Of a stretch of DNA of 64,000 bases, positions 11,950 to 24,400 are shown piece after piece. A program made the translations under genes and the position numbers. A model generated the notes under the pieces. The model did no database searches, was not told the DNA's origin, and saw nothing but the letters and a program-made list of their open reading frames with translations. Within the stretch, counting starts at the first letter, position 1, and each line of letters begins with the position of its first letter. Location of the stretch: the NCBI GenBank assembly GCA_020137815.1, contig CM035359.1:1054001-1118000 (forward strand), read 5' to 3'. The stretch is from Hormiphora californensis. Lineage: Eukaryota > Animalia > Ctenophora.

Positions 11950-13199
11950 GCGGGAAAAATAGGGTAGACCTGCTGCGGCTTCAGAAAATTGAGAAAAAGA
12001 TAGCTATCTTTTTTTTCACTTTGAAAATAAGACGTTTTTTATTAAAAGATCCTTGATCAGTGAGATACGGTTGTCCCCCACCTATTTTTTGACGTAGAAT
12101 CGAATGCCGTTGAAGTCAAATCTCTAAAATGTTGGCAAAACGGAGAAAATCACGTTTTTAGGTGTTTTTTGGTGAAAAAAGCGTTCAAACTGGTAGTAGA
12201 TGATAGGATAGAGTCCCAAAAATATCATAAATCGATTTTTTGGGTCTTTTTCGCCCTAGGAAAAGAGTTTCATGAAAATCTGGTACAACGCCTATTCTCC
12301 GTTTGCTTTCAAAGAAGCTGAATATTGCTCTAATTTAGCCAATTTTGAAGAAAAGGCGTCCAAAATGATACCAGTTGACAGGATAGAGTCCCAAAAACGT
12401 GAAAATCATCAATTTTAGGCATTTTATACCCTAGAAACAAATGGACATGGTGGTCGAATGATATTTTTTATCTCGGTAGGCCTCTGAAGTATGTGGAAAT
12501 AGCCACAATGTAGAGATTGTGGTAAATTAATGTGAATAAACGTTTACCAAACCCAGAAGAGTGGCTCTTGCATAATCCAGAAGCCCACTAAAGTGGGTTT
12601 GGTAAACGTTTATTCACATTAATTTACCACAATCTCTACATTGTGGCTATTTCCACATACTTCAGAGGCCTACCGAGATAAAAAATATCATTCGACCACC
12701 ATGTCCATTTGTTTCTAGGGTATAAAATGCCTAAAATTGATGATTTTCACGTTTTTGGGACTCTATCCTGTCAACTGGTATCATTTTGGACGCCTTTTCT
12801 TCAAAATTGGCTAAATTAGAGCAATATTCAGCTTCTTTGAAAGCAAACGGAGAATAGGCGTTGTACCAGATTTTCATGAAACTCTTTTCCTAGGGCGAAA
12901 AAGACCCAAAAAATCGATTTATGATATTTTTGGGACTCTATCCCATCATCTACTACCAGTTTGAACGCTTTTTTCACCAAAAAACACCTAAAAACGTGAT
13001 TTTCTCCATTTTGCCAACATTTTAGAGATTTGACTTCAACGGCATTCGATTCTACGTCAAAAAATAGGTGGGGGACAACCGTATCTCACTGATCAAGGAT
13101 CTTTTAATAAAAAACGTCTTATTTTCAAAGTGAAAAAAAAGATAGCTATCTTTTTCTCAATTTTCTGAAGCCGCAGCAGGTCTACCCTATTTTTCCCGC
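11950..13199. repeat. Near-perfect 1.25-kb palindrome (~605-bp arms, 38-bp spacer 12556-12593)
   Basis: Arms are reverse complements with very few mismatches seen; more diverged inverted similarity continues outward (~11890 / ~13260). No TSD found. Confidence 0.93.
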
Positions 13200-13389
13200 C
13201 AAAAAGGGCCACGAAACCCAAGGGGATGTCTTCCGAATTGCTGCCGGAGGTCGGGTGTGACATTGGGATCAGGTGGTCGACATTGCTCAGGACTTTTAGG
13301 GCTATCACCCTCGTCGTCTCTCATTCTACGGCACCTAGAGGCCAAGCCTCAATAAATAGTTTTACGTTGTAGTTGATGAAAGTTTGAAA

Positions 13390-13920
13390 GCAAAAAGGGG
13401 TCCTCATAATGAAAAAATAGTGAAAAAATTCACAGAAAAAAAGATGCCAACGCACTCTCTGATCTCTGCTCAAACCTCCAGGGACGGCAGCGACGTTCAG
13501 GGGTGTGGGGTGAAACCCCACCAAGCAGAGTCCAGGGGATGCAAGCCACGGTTGTGGGTTGAGCCTTGAGACTTGAGGGAGCAGTTGGCCTACGCTGCAG
13601 TCCCTAATGGAAGAAGCCGTGGGTCTTAGAAGAGAAGTAAAGGGGTCTGCAGCGCATGCCAAAGGGAGCAGAGCCCCGAAAAATTTGAAACCCCTTTCTG
13701 TGAAAAACGAGAAAAAAATCCTGATCACAAGAAAAAAAAACATGAACTCGATCCACGTAAATCTTTACTGTAACGCGCGGAAAAACTCTCTTTATGCTCT
13801 GCCGTGCGTTACAGGTGAGCGCGCGCGCGTTGCTGAATCTCAAAATAAAAAAGCCCAAAAAACAAAATCCCAAAAACTAAAAAAACCCAAACTAAAGTGC
13901 GTTTCAAACGACTTGACCTG
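13390..13920 (+). repeat. Dispersed repeat, copy 2 (homologous to 2290-3066)
   Basis: Shared sequence blocks with copy 1. Confidence 0.7.
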
Positions 13921-13921
13921 A

Positions 13922-15408
13922 CACGGTGTCCCTTAAGGAGGTGAAACCTCGACTAGATAAAGTTTTTTGGAGATCGGACCTAGGTTACGTATTTTTGACC
14001 GAGGAATCCGAAAAACATAAAATTAAAATCGAAAACGTAGCGGTTTTTGCGTAAAACGGCAAAAACTGTCATTTTTCAGCGATTTTCGACTTTTTACGCT
14101 TTCTAGAGATTTTAAAAATATTTCCTTACAAGATATGATCTTGTGCTTCTAGACTAATAAAATTCAATCGATTTGCTACAAATTGGTCCCGGGTTTGTGT
14201 GATTTGGTCAAAAGCTCTCTTTACTGTGGCCCATCAAAGATGGCCACTCTGCAAATACGTTTTTGGCTCCTGTGGCCGCAGATGTAAACCAAAAGAAGAT
14301 TTATTATACCCTAAAATTTGCGTCCTCTGAAGGCGAACAACCTGGTTTTTACGAAATTTGATTTCATGCAGGCGTTCAAAAATTACAGCCGAAAAACTGG
14401 TACAGTGGATTTCGGAAATACCCCTACTTCAACAAACCCTAATCCAGATAAGATTTCGAAAAATATACCTCTTCATACATGAAAATGAAGCTCAGACAAA
14501 TGCCAACGTGATGCAAAAAACGGGAAGTGTGTAACTTATTTCGTTTAGAAGCTATAGCGAAAATAAAAGTGCTTGTATTTGCCTTGAAAACACCCTCTAA
14601 AAACCATACTTTCAGACAATTTCTGACAATTTCAAACAAATTCTGTCCACAGGGGGCTAAGTTGGTGCACTGGAGGTGACATTTTATTCGTATTGCATTT
14701 TTAGACAGATTTGCTATTTTTCAGGGCTTTTAGAGGATGTTTTCAAGGCAAATACAAGCACTTTTATTTTCGCTATAGCTTCTAAACGAAATAAGTTACA
14801 CACTTCCCGTTTTTTGCATCACGTTGGCATTTGTCTGAGCTTCATTTTCATTTATGAAGATGTATATTTTTCGAAATCTTATCTGGATTAGGGTTTGTTG
14901 AAGTAGGGGTATTTCCGAAATCCACTGTACCAGTTTTTCGGCTGTAATTTTTGAACGCCTGCATGAAATCAAATTTCGTAAAAACCAGGTTGTTCGCCTT
15001 CAGAGGACGCAAATTTTGGTGTATAATAAATCTTCTTTTGGTTTACATCTGCGGCCACAGGAGCCAAAAACGTATTTGCAGAGTGGCCATCTTTGATGAG
15101 CCACAGTAAAGAGAGCTTTTGACCAAATCGCACAAACCCGGGACCAATTTGTAGCAAATCGATTGAATTTTATTAGTCTAGAAGCACAAGATCATATCTT
15201 GTAAGGAAATATTTTTAAAATCTCTAGAAAGCGTAAAAAGTCGAAAATCGCTGAAAAATGACAGTTTTTGCCGTTTTACGCAAAAACCGCTACGTTTTCG
15301 ATTTTAATTTTATGTTTTTCGGATTCCTCGGTCAAAAATACGTAACCTAGGTCCGGTCTCCAAAAAACTTTATCTAGTCGAGGTTTCACCTCCTTAAGGG
15401 ACACCGTG
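13922..15408. mobile_element. Non-autonomous foldback element with CAC...GTG termini and 4-bp TSD (Chapaev-like)
   Basis: CACGGTGTCCC / GGGACACCGTG termini; CTGA on both flanks; ~680-bp near-identical arms and ~125-bp spacer. Confidence 0.82.
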
Positions 15409-15529
15409 CTGAGATTCCTGGAAATTGAGGATTTCCCCTTTGTAAATACACGCGCAATGCGCCAAATTCCAAGAATTACGGGTCAACTTGCTTGAAACGG
15501 ACTTTAAAGTCCGTTTCAAGCGACTCTCA

Positions 15530-15715
15530 CTCGGGTTTTGCGAAGCTTCCCACCGTCATTACTCCACCCCCTGATGAGACAAGGCTTGAAATTTTGTAGT
15601 TAAGTAGGAATACATCATTATATCGACATGATCAACCTAAAAAATTTGAAGTCTATCTCATCAGAGGGTCAAGGGTGGAGCAATGACCGTGGGAAATTTC
15701 ACAAAAAGGTTTGGG
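15530..15715. mobile_element. Small imperfect inverted-repeat element; a truncated copy lies at 8999-9080
   Basis: TTTTGCGAAGCTTCCCACCGTCATTACTCCACCC..CTGATGAGA is mirrored by TCTCATCAG..GGGTGGAGCAATGACCGTGGGAAATTTCACAAAA. Confidence 0.55.
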
Positions 15716-15921
15716 TTTTACTTTAAAGTCTATTTTTTCTCAACTGTTCACTCCAAACTCCAATGTATAATTTTCTGGGGCCATACCAGACGTTAACATG
15801 TGATAGGCAAGCAAAACAAATATATGCACACAAAAAGGAGGAGGTGAACAGTTGGAAAATAGGACTTTAAAGGGGTCTCCCTTTTCTACTTACATTAAAC
15901 ATTTGGAAAGCAGGAGATAAA

Positions 15922-17340
15922 ATGTCAAAGCCTATGAATATCCTTGTTTATTGCTCCAAAAATCCGTCCAAATTCGAGCGTATCTCCAAAACCCTACGCT
16001 CAGCCATCGGACAATCCTCCTATACGGTCTACCAACTAGAGGAAACAGAACCATGGACAAAATACTGCTGCCTGTGTGTTATAGCCACCTTTCCAAACGA
16101 TGTATCCCACCGAACTCTCACTCAGATAAGACAATTTGCTCGGTCAGGGGGCAATGTTTTGAGTATCGGAGGATATTTCTCATCTTTACTGCCCCTTTCG
16201 TCATACCAGGAACCGCCTGGACCTTGTCTGGATGAGCTGTGTTTTGAGGCTGGTCAAGATTCACTGGGACAGGGAAATGGACGAAACATCTTACTAATTC
16301 CACCGGTTACAGGAAACAATCAGACGACGCTGGAAAAGGCACTCAATCACTTTGGTATATCATGCAACGACCTAAACGCTGTTGTTTATACACCACTACG
16401 GGTTTACGGTCGTTCGTCTCAAGTGTTAAATTGGTATTTTGATCAGTTAAAATCAAGTGGGTGTATCCAAAAGGAGGAAAACCTTGTTTTCTCATTGTCC
16501 GATCTGGACCTACCGGTGGTAAAGGGAGAGTTGAACTCTAATTTCGAGTTTCTCAACCACACCGGTCCTGATTTTCCTCAGTTGTTCATTCACAGTGAGA
16601 CGGTGACATCAACGCAGGATATCCTGTGGAACTCCCCCGTTCTTACAACCCCTCTTACCTCTCTGGGTGTGTTGGCGGATGTTCAAGTTTCGGGCCGAGG
16701 TCGTGGGAAAAACCAGTGGATTTCTCCCAAAGGGTCGATGTGCTATTCCCTCTATTTCACCCTCCCCTCAGCGTGTACCCTATCTGGCAAGCTTCCCTTC
16801 GTACAATACCTAGTTGCACTCTCCACAGTTAATGCTATCGATAAGCTGCTGAAGAAAAACGTGAATATACGAATAAAATGGCCCAACGATATATACACGG
16901 CAGATGGAGTTAAAATTGGCGGAGTTTTGGTAAATTGTAGCAGTCAGGGCTCCGATATTAGCCTGTGTGTGGGTGTGGGTATAAACGTTAACAATGCCAG
17001 CCCAACTCTATCCCTCTCCTCTCTTAGTGGTGTGACTGGAATTTCTACCGCCGCCCTGGCCGGAACAATAACATCGGGAATCGCAGAGGAGATTTCACAA
17101 TTCAACACCCACGGTCACGGCCAGTTTGTGGCCCGATTTCGGGAGCGCTGGCTACACCAGGATAAAATTGTGAGCGTGTGTGTCGGCAGTGTTAACTGTA
17201 CCGCAAGGATAACGAGTATTGATGATAACGGTTATCTTAGCGTGGTTGATGTTAACAGTGGGAAAGTGTTTAGTGTCCAGCCCGATGGTAACAGTTTTGA
17301 TATGATGGAAAATCTGATTGCTGTGAAAAGTTCAGTTTGA
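15922..17340 (+). CDS. HLCS: Biotin--protein ligase / holocarboxylase synthetase, single exon
   Basis: 472-aa ORF with BPL motifs STQD, QVSGRGRGKNQWISPKG, IKWPNDIY, KIGGVL, GVGINV and C-terminal PDGNSFDMMENLI. Confidence 0.95.
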   Translation: MSKPMNILVYCSKNPSKFERISKTLRSAIGQSSYTVYQLEETEPWTKYCCLCVIATFPNDVSHRTLTQIRQFARSGGNVLSIGGYFSSLLPLSSYQEPPGPCLDELCFEAGQDSLGQGNGRNILLIPPVTGNNQTTLEKALNHFGISCNDLNAVVYTPLRVYGRSSQVLNWYFDQLKSSGCIQKEENLVFSLSDLDLPVVKGELNSNFEFLNHTGPDFPQLFIHSETVTSTQDILWNSPVLTTPLTSLGVLADVQVSGRGRGKNQWISPKGSMCYSLYFTLPSACTLSGKLPFVQYLVALSTVNAIDKLLKKNVNIRIKWPNDIYTADGVKIGGVLVNCSSQGSDISLCVGVGINVNNASPTLSLSSLSGVTGISTAALAGTITSGIAEEISQFNTHGHGQFVARFRERWLHQDKIVSVCVGSVNCTARITSIDDNGYLSVVDVNSGKVFSVQPDGNSFDMMENLIAVKSSV

Positions 17341-17651
17341 GAGGATAACTTGCAACCTATTTTACGGGGGGAGGCGTAAAGTTTATTTGGAAAAATTATT
17401 TTTGGTGATTTTTTAAGTTTTCTTAGTGTGTTCTGATCTTGTTGTTTTTTATCAAGTTTAATGTTGTGACTCTTGCTCTTGATCTTTTCTTTAAAACAAT
17501 GCAACAGCTGTTTGTATGTAAAGTATCTCTGCCCATCGATGTCTCACTCTCTCCCATTATAACTCCCAAAATAACTCCCAAAATACCCCCTTATTTGTTA
17601 ATCCCCCAGGCCCCAACTCCCGATATATTATAAAACGTATTAATTTAGGAG

Positions 17652-18377
17652 ATGCTCCGTGATCCCGAGACAGTCCACCCGGTCAACGAAAATAAAACTT
17701 GGCCTGAAATCAGGGACAAGCTCCGAGAGGTAATATATCGTCTTTCTATCCCCGCACAAATCACGCCAAAATAAGATTCACTACTAATACTCTGTAGTTC
17801 TTGCTGTTTTATTTTGGTTGATTTTTATTTTCTTGGACCTTGGTTAATATAATTTTTTTCGAAATTAATGGAAATGTTTCAGTGGCGAAAGGACCATGTG
17901 AGATGCAGTGACAAGATTGTTGAACTTGGGGAGTACGCCCTCGCACACTACTCCTCTCATCTAGGAAACGAGAAGTGGGCTGTTTACGAGCAGGTACTCG
18001 TTGATTTTACAGTGCAGGAACCGACCGAAACAAGTAAACAACCAATCAGAACTCGTTATTTAGGTCACGTGACTGGTTATCAGCCAATCAGAGATCAGTA
18101 TTTCAAGATTCGGTCGGTTCCTGTTACAGTGTCTGGTGGTTTAATTGATTTCTCAGGGGAAAAGGGTTTTGCAATTTCAATCATGCAATTTCCAGTTTAC
18201 CAACTACAAGTTTTATCTTTACGCCTGTTTCCCAATTCCCGTTGCCATTCTATCATCACGTGTGCCTTCACCATATATACCACCCATATACCTACAGCTC
18301 GCCAACCGACCCATAGAATATATATGGGACACCCTCTTTAAATACACTCTCTTGTATATATGGTGTCACGTGATGCC

Positions 18378-18409
<32 letters not shown>

Positions 18410-21400
18410 TAAGTTTTTGTATACCGCCCAGGCAAAACAGGGCCAGCAAACTGAATTTTGACTGACACTGCTCAGCGTCAGAGCGGTATACCTAAATTAT
18501 AACACCTTCCTTACTTATGACACACACTATTAAAATCTGGATTTAAACACACCATAGATAGACTTTTATTGATGAAAATACGGGCCTCATAAAATACGAA
18601 CCAACTTAGATAAGCATAAAAATGCTCTCACACTGAATAAGCTAAATTACAAAGTCAGCAGCTCTCATGCTACTCAAAGACAGCAGCTCTCAAAGCTAGT
18701 AAAAAGTCAGCAGCTATTACTGCAAGCCCGGTAAATGTAATGAGGAATAACACTGTCTAAATAAACGTCTGCCCAAGGGGAACACTAAACCCAGACCAGA
18801 ACAGAACCAGTGACCCAAAGACGAGATGACTCAGGTGCTACTGCTCTCTGGATCAACGAAAGCTTCCTTAAATAGCCGGGTCTTAAGCCTTGTCTTGAAG
18901 AGTTCAACAGGGTGAACAGACCTTAACTCCAATGGCAGGGAGTTCCACACTTCCGGCAGGAATACAGAGATCCTCCTCCTTCTTAACTTAGAATTCGCAT
19001 TTACACTTGAGAGCTTTGGATATTTCAACCTGAAGAAATCTGGAACTGAGGTAGATCGGGTAGGTTTTACAGGTTCAGGATTGTCATCACGAGGGACCAG
19101 GTCCATCAGATACTTGGGTGCAGTGCCTCGTACAATCTTGTACGCCAAAAGACATGCCTTGAAAGTCAGCCTCTGCTCAATAGGTAGAATGTGTGCCTCC
19201 TTGTAGTATTCTGTGTAGTCATCCTGATGTCCCTTTAGATTGAAAATGAAACGCACACAAGAATTCAGGGTCTTCTGAAGATACCTCAATATCCTCTTAG
19301 GTAGTCCATAGTAAAGGATGTTGCAGTAATCAATCCGGGAAATGACCAGTTGCTTGACCAACATAATCTTGGTATCTTTGTCAAGACACTTGTTGACCTG
19401 CCACAAGTTCTTGAGCATAAGGCCACACTGTTTCTTAACATTGAATATCTGTCTCTCAAGAGTCAACTGATGGTCCATGAGAACACCAAGGGTCTTTCCT
19501 GTCGTCCCCTTACATTCCATAGGCCTGACCACCGAACCTCCAAACTGGATCTCTGGATCAAATGCCATCTTTTCCAAGGAGCTTGTCTTTCCCAACAGTA
19601 GAAACTCCGTCTTGTCCTCATTACACTTAAGTCCATGGTTAACCATCCATGTTTTGACATTCTTGAGACAATCCTCTAGGGTCTTTTTACTGGAACTCCA
19701 CCCCTCTGCATCACTCGGAACCAGTCCAAAGTATATCTGAGAGTCATCTGCATACAGTTTGATCTTTAGGCCATAGGGACGAACAATATCCTGAAGTTCC
19801 TCAATGTACAGCAAGAATAAAACAGGTCCAAGAAGGGACCCCTGTGGGACTCCACAGATTAGTGCAATCCCAGTGCCCCGATATTGCAAACCCGTGTAAT
19901 TTTTTGAGCAAATATTTGCAGCCTGACTGATTTTTTGCAGCCTAAATAAAATAACCTCGACTGATATTGCAGCCCGGGCTGCAGAAAATATAAATATGAA
20001 ATATAAGCTTCCCCGAATCACATGTGTTTAATATCCCGTATTGGCTAACAGTGCTAATAAGGCGTCCCAGAATGGTGTCACATATCCATCCCCCTCATTA
20101 GAGTATGAAATACATTATATGTATTTCGGTGTCGAGATTCTTGCAGCCCGGCTGCAGAAAATTTCGAGGAAATTTTCCCATTCTGGGCTGCATGATGATT
20201 TTGCTAATAAGGCGTCCCCTGTCAGGCCAATGCTCTAACAGGGCGTCTCAGAATGGTGTCACATATCCATCCCCCTCATTAGAGTGTGAAATACATATGT
20301 ATTTCGGTGTCGAGATTCTTGCAGCCCGGCTGCAGAAAATTTTGAGGAAATTTTCCCATTCTGGGCTGCACGATGATTTTTCCCCGAAAATGGTACTTTT
20401 TTCTCTATTGGCCCAACTTCTACGATGCTGACGTACGTCGCGAGGTCGAGGCTGTCGTAGCAGCCGAGACCGAGCAAAAATTTGCAGCCTAGCGAAAAGA
20501 ATCTTGCAGCCTAGCTGAAGGCTTAGAAAAATATTTTTTTAGATTTCCGAAATTCGGGGCACTGGGAGTGCAATCGCCGCCGAGAGTTCCCCACGAACAT
20601 TCACTTTAAAAGTCCTTTTGCTAAGGTAGCTTCTAAACCATTCAAGCGCAGATCCTCTTACCCCAAACCTTGCCTCCAAAATTCCAATCAGCTTCGAATG
20701 ATCCACAGTATCGAAAGCCGCACTCATGTCAAGCAGCAGAAGGGCCGATACTTTGCCAGAATCCAAATCCTTCAACAGGTCATCAAACATTCCAGCAAGC
20801 AGTGTTTCACAACTATGCCCCGCCCTATACCCAGATTGGTCTGCATTGAGTAGGTCGTTCATCCATAGGTATGAGTTTAACTGATTGAGCACAACTTTCT
20901 CCAGTACCTTCGATACAAACGATATGTTAGAAACCGGCCTGTAGTTCGAAAATAAATCCGTGTCCCCATTGGGGTTCTTTATCGTTGGCATCACCAATGC
21001 TTTCTGCATAATATCTGGAACAGTAGATCGTAGAAGGGATTTGTTGATAATGTTCGTCAGGATCGGCGCTAGTTCCTCAAGGCAGTCTTTCACCAACCAG
21101 GTCGGAATAGGGTCCAGATCACAAGACTTCGATGACATTTCCTTGACAACCCGAACTAATTCATTAACTCTGATTTCCTCAAACTTGGTTAGAGTACATG
21201 TAGGCGCAGGCAGAGAATCCACAGTGAGCTCCTCAGAACCTTCCTCTTGCTCATCCCGAACCGCTGTCCGAATCTTCTCAATCTTCCCACTGAAGAACTC
21301 TGCAAAATCCCCTGCCAACTTTCCGTCTGACACTCCTCCTGGCAGAACAGTTTCCGACTTTCCAATTAGACGACCTAGCCTCTTCTGCAGCGCTGCAGGA

Positions 21401-24400
21401 TCATCTTTAACCTCCTCAAGCTGCTTCCGGGAAAATTCCATCCTCGCCTGCTTATCAATCTTTTCAAAACGCCTCTGTAGTTCCTTGTACTGTATCTTGT
21501 TGAGTCCTGTCTTGTTAGATTCCCAAGCCCTTTCTGCTCTCCTCCTCTCCCTTAGTGCCTCCCGAACATCTTGTCTCTCCCTCCACAACTTAACACTCTT
21601 TACTTCCTTCCTTCTCTTCATCGGTACCAGTTTCCTCACCACCTCCTCTAACGCACTATCATAGATCCTCAAAGCCTCCTCTGCAGTACACCCATCTGGA
21701 ACCCGAAGACAAACTTCCTGGAGAGCACGTCTGAATTCCTCTGGATCAACCGAATTAAAATCTCTGTAGCTGTACATCTTCCTCCACGTCCTATAATCAT
21801 CTCCAGGGGTAGAGAGCTTTAGGTCCACTGTAGCCAAGAAATGGTCTGACAACGTCCCATCCGGAAAGACTTGCACGTTTTCCAGTTTAGTAAGAAAATC
21901 ACGCTGACAGATCATCAGATCCAGAGTTCCTCCCCTCACATGAGTCGGAACTGATGGTACATTCTGCACAAAGTCAAATGAGTCCAAAAGGTGAAGAAGC
22001 TTCCTCGCATAAAAGTTGCCTGAGTCTTGAACCTGGAAATTGAAGTCTCCCATGATCATCGGATTTCCTGTTTTCATGAGAAGGTTCGATATATATCCAT
22101 TAAACTCTTCCAGAAAATTTGCCTCTGTATACCGAGCCTTTCCATTGTAGGGGGGTCTGTATATATTACAGAGCCTCACAAGATCATCATCTCCTCCAAT
22201 AAGGACTTCCTGGACCTGAAAGGTCTTGAACTTGTCTTTAACAGGTGCTCGTTTGACCACTACTCCGTCCCTATAGAAAACGCCAATGCCACCACCAGCT
22301 CTCTCACTCCTTGGACTAGAGAATACCTGCCATCCATTATCCTGTATTTCCCTGATCTTCGCTGTATCCGTAGCTTTTAGATAAGTCTCCTGTACTAAGC
22401 ACACGTCACATTCCTTATCCTCTAGATGAGTCAGAATTCCTCCCGTCTTGTTCATTATAGAATGGACATTGAGCGTCCCGATCCTCCAAGTCGTTTTATC
22501 CTCAGCTCTTCCATTGCCCTCGTCCGGTAGACATTTTTTGTCTCCTTACTCACGCCAGCAGTCCTATCCATCAGCTTTCCTCGTTCATTGATGTAAAAAG
22601 GACATAAGGTACTCGATGCAAGATGCGTCTTTGAATGCCTCCTATCCTCTCTGCTTCCACTGCCATGACAATTGATACACCTCAGTTTGGCTACATCATT
22701 CTTCCTCTTTTCTTGACACTGTCTCGTCTCATGCTCACCAGCACAGAACGCACAAACTGCCGGACTGTCCTTCTTGGAACACCTCATAGAACCAGCCACG
22801 TGACCAAACTCCTGACAATGGAAACACTGCACCACATGAAACCGATCCCTAACTGAATGTTGCCTCAGCTTCAGGAAAATCTTGTCCTTATTAGATGAAA
22901 TAATCCTCCGAATACTTGGGGAGACTTGGATTACAGCAAAACTACCATTCCTGTTGATATGGATAACCTTGATATTTCCACCCTGTCCATGGGCCTTCTT
23001 TATATCCTGATTCTTGTCACTCAGGATTTCCGAAATCAGTTTCTCCTCATCAAGTAAGTCTGCATCCAAATCATTCACCGCAATTCTTGGGTCAAGCATC
23101 GCTTTCCTCTCTGTAACCGTCTGGATCTCCTGTCCCAAAGCCGGTGAAAGAACCGCACCAGCTGCCTTGAGTTGATCATCTGTCTCGAAAGAAAGTCGGA
23201 CAGAGCCCTTATTAACAAATGTATTGAGTACAGGGACCCCCTTGAGCGCAGATTCCACCTTTGGCTTCACAAACTCAGCCCACTGCTTCTTCGGACATAC
23301 CGGAGCCGCAGAATCATCTTCATCCACTTCAAGCTTAATATCCACATAATGCTTCATCGGTAACACCGGTTCTGGTTGATCCTCAATTCCACTGTTCCCA
23401 TCCTCTTTCTTATCCAGTATTTTCGATACTTGATCATCAACTCTCCTCTCAATGGTCGCTAGAAGATCAGTCTTCAGGCTTTCAAAACTTTCCTTCAATA
23501 CCTCCAGGGAACCTGCATCCATCGTTGAGCTAGTGCCGCTTTCAAACCGGGTTCTGGAGCTGCTGGGTATCAATGCATAAGCTGACACTAGAAGACCCCA
23601 TACCTGCTCTCTGGTTGGGCCACTTGGACTGTTAGGAGGAGGAGTAATATCCCCCTCAAGCAGACGATTCAGAACAGAGCTACCCTTACACTTAGAATTA
23701 AATACCATACTCTCAAGAGCTCTATCAAACTCCTCTCTATTCGTAATACCATGAAAATTGTTCATCCTAAAACACCTGGCTCACACTCCTGGACAGAGAT
23801 AAATCCCAACTCAAAACACTCACAGTACGTTCTTAATAAGCCCACAGAGATTCACGTAACTATAAGATATCGAAGATTGGAAAATAACCTCTAACACGGA
23901 TCAATCGATTATAAGTGGAACACTCAAATTAATTTGTTTAAAGTAGTGTTGAAAAGTTTGAAATTAATGGTATATAATTTCCCACCCTCAGTTGTGCGTG
24001 GCAGCACTTGATTTGTGTCCCGGGAAGATGAAGGTGGTTAACAGGTGCATCCAGAAGTTAGCGGAACAGTTCCCATCCTCCCTGCGAGTCAGCATGTTAG
24101 AGGGACTGAAATCTGAGTACCTGAAAAAATGGGATGAAGCTCTTGAGATGTAGGTCTATACTTTTTTTACTTTCCGAACAGCTATGTCACAAGCACATTT
24201 GCTATTCGGGCGAATTTTATTGAGACAAAACTGCGAGTAGAATAAATTCCTAAACCATGTGTAAAATATGTTCCTAACTTTATAAATCGTCCTGGCTGTG
24301 AGTTTTTACATCTTTCCAGGTACAACAGCATGATTGAATATGAGCCCACCTTTCCTGCACCCTACAAACGGAAGGTCTCAATTTACAAGGTAATAACAGT

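Larger units (their letters stand above)
18381..23900 (-). mobile_element. Near full-length L2-clade LINE inserted antisense in EMC2 intron 2
   Basis: ORF1 23765-22455 and ORF2 (endonuclease + RT) ~22545-18831. The 3' UTR ends in a GTATACCGC/GCGGTATAC stem and (ATT)n tail at 18381-18410. The 5' boundary is approximate. Confidence 0.9.

Noticed and set aside
17994-18341. C-terminal part of the 157-aa ORF
   Set aside because: Read-through from EMC2 exon 2 into the intron and MITE.
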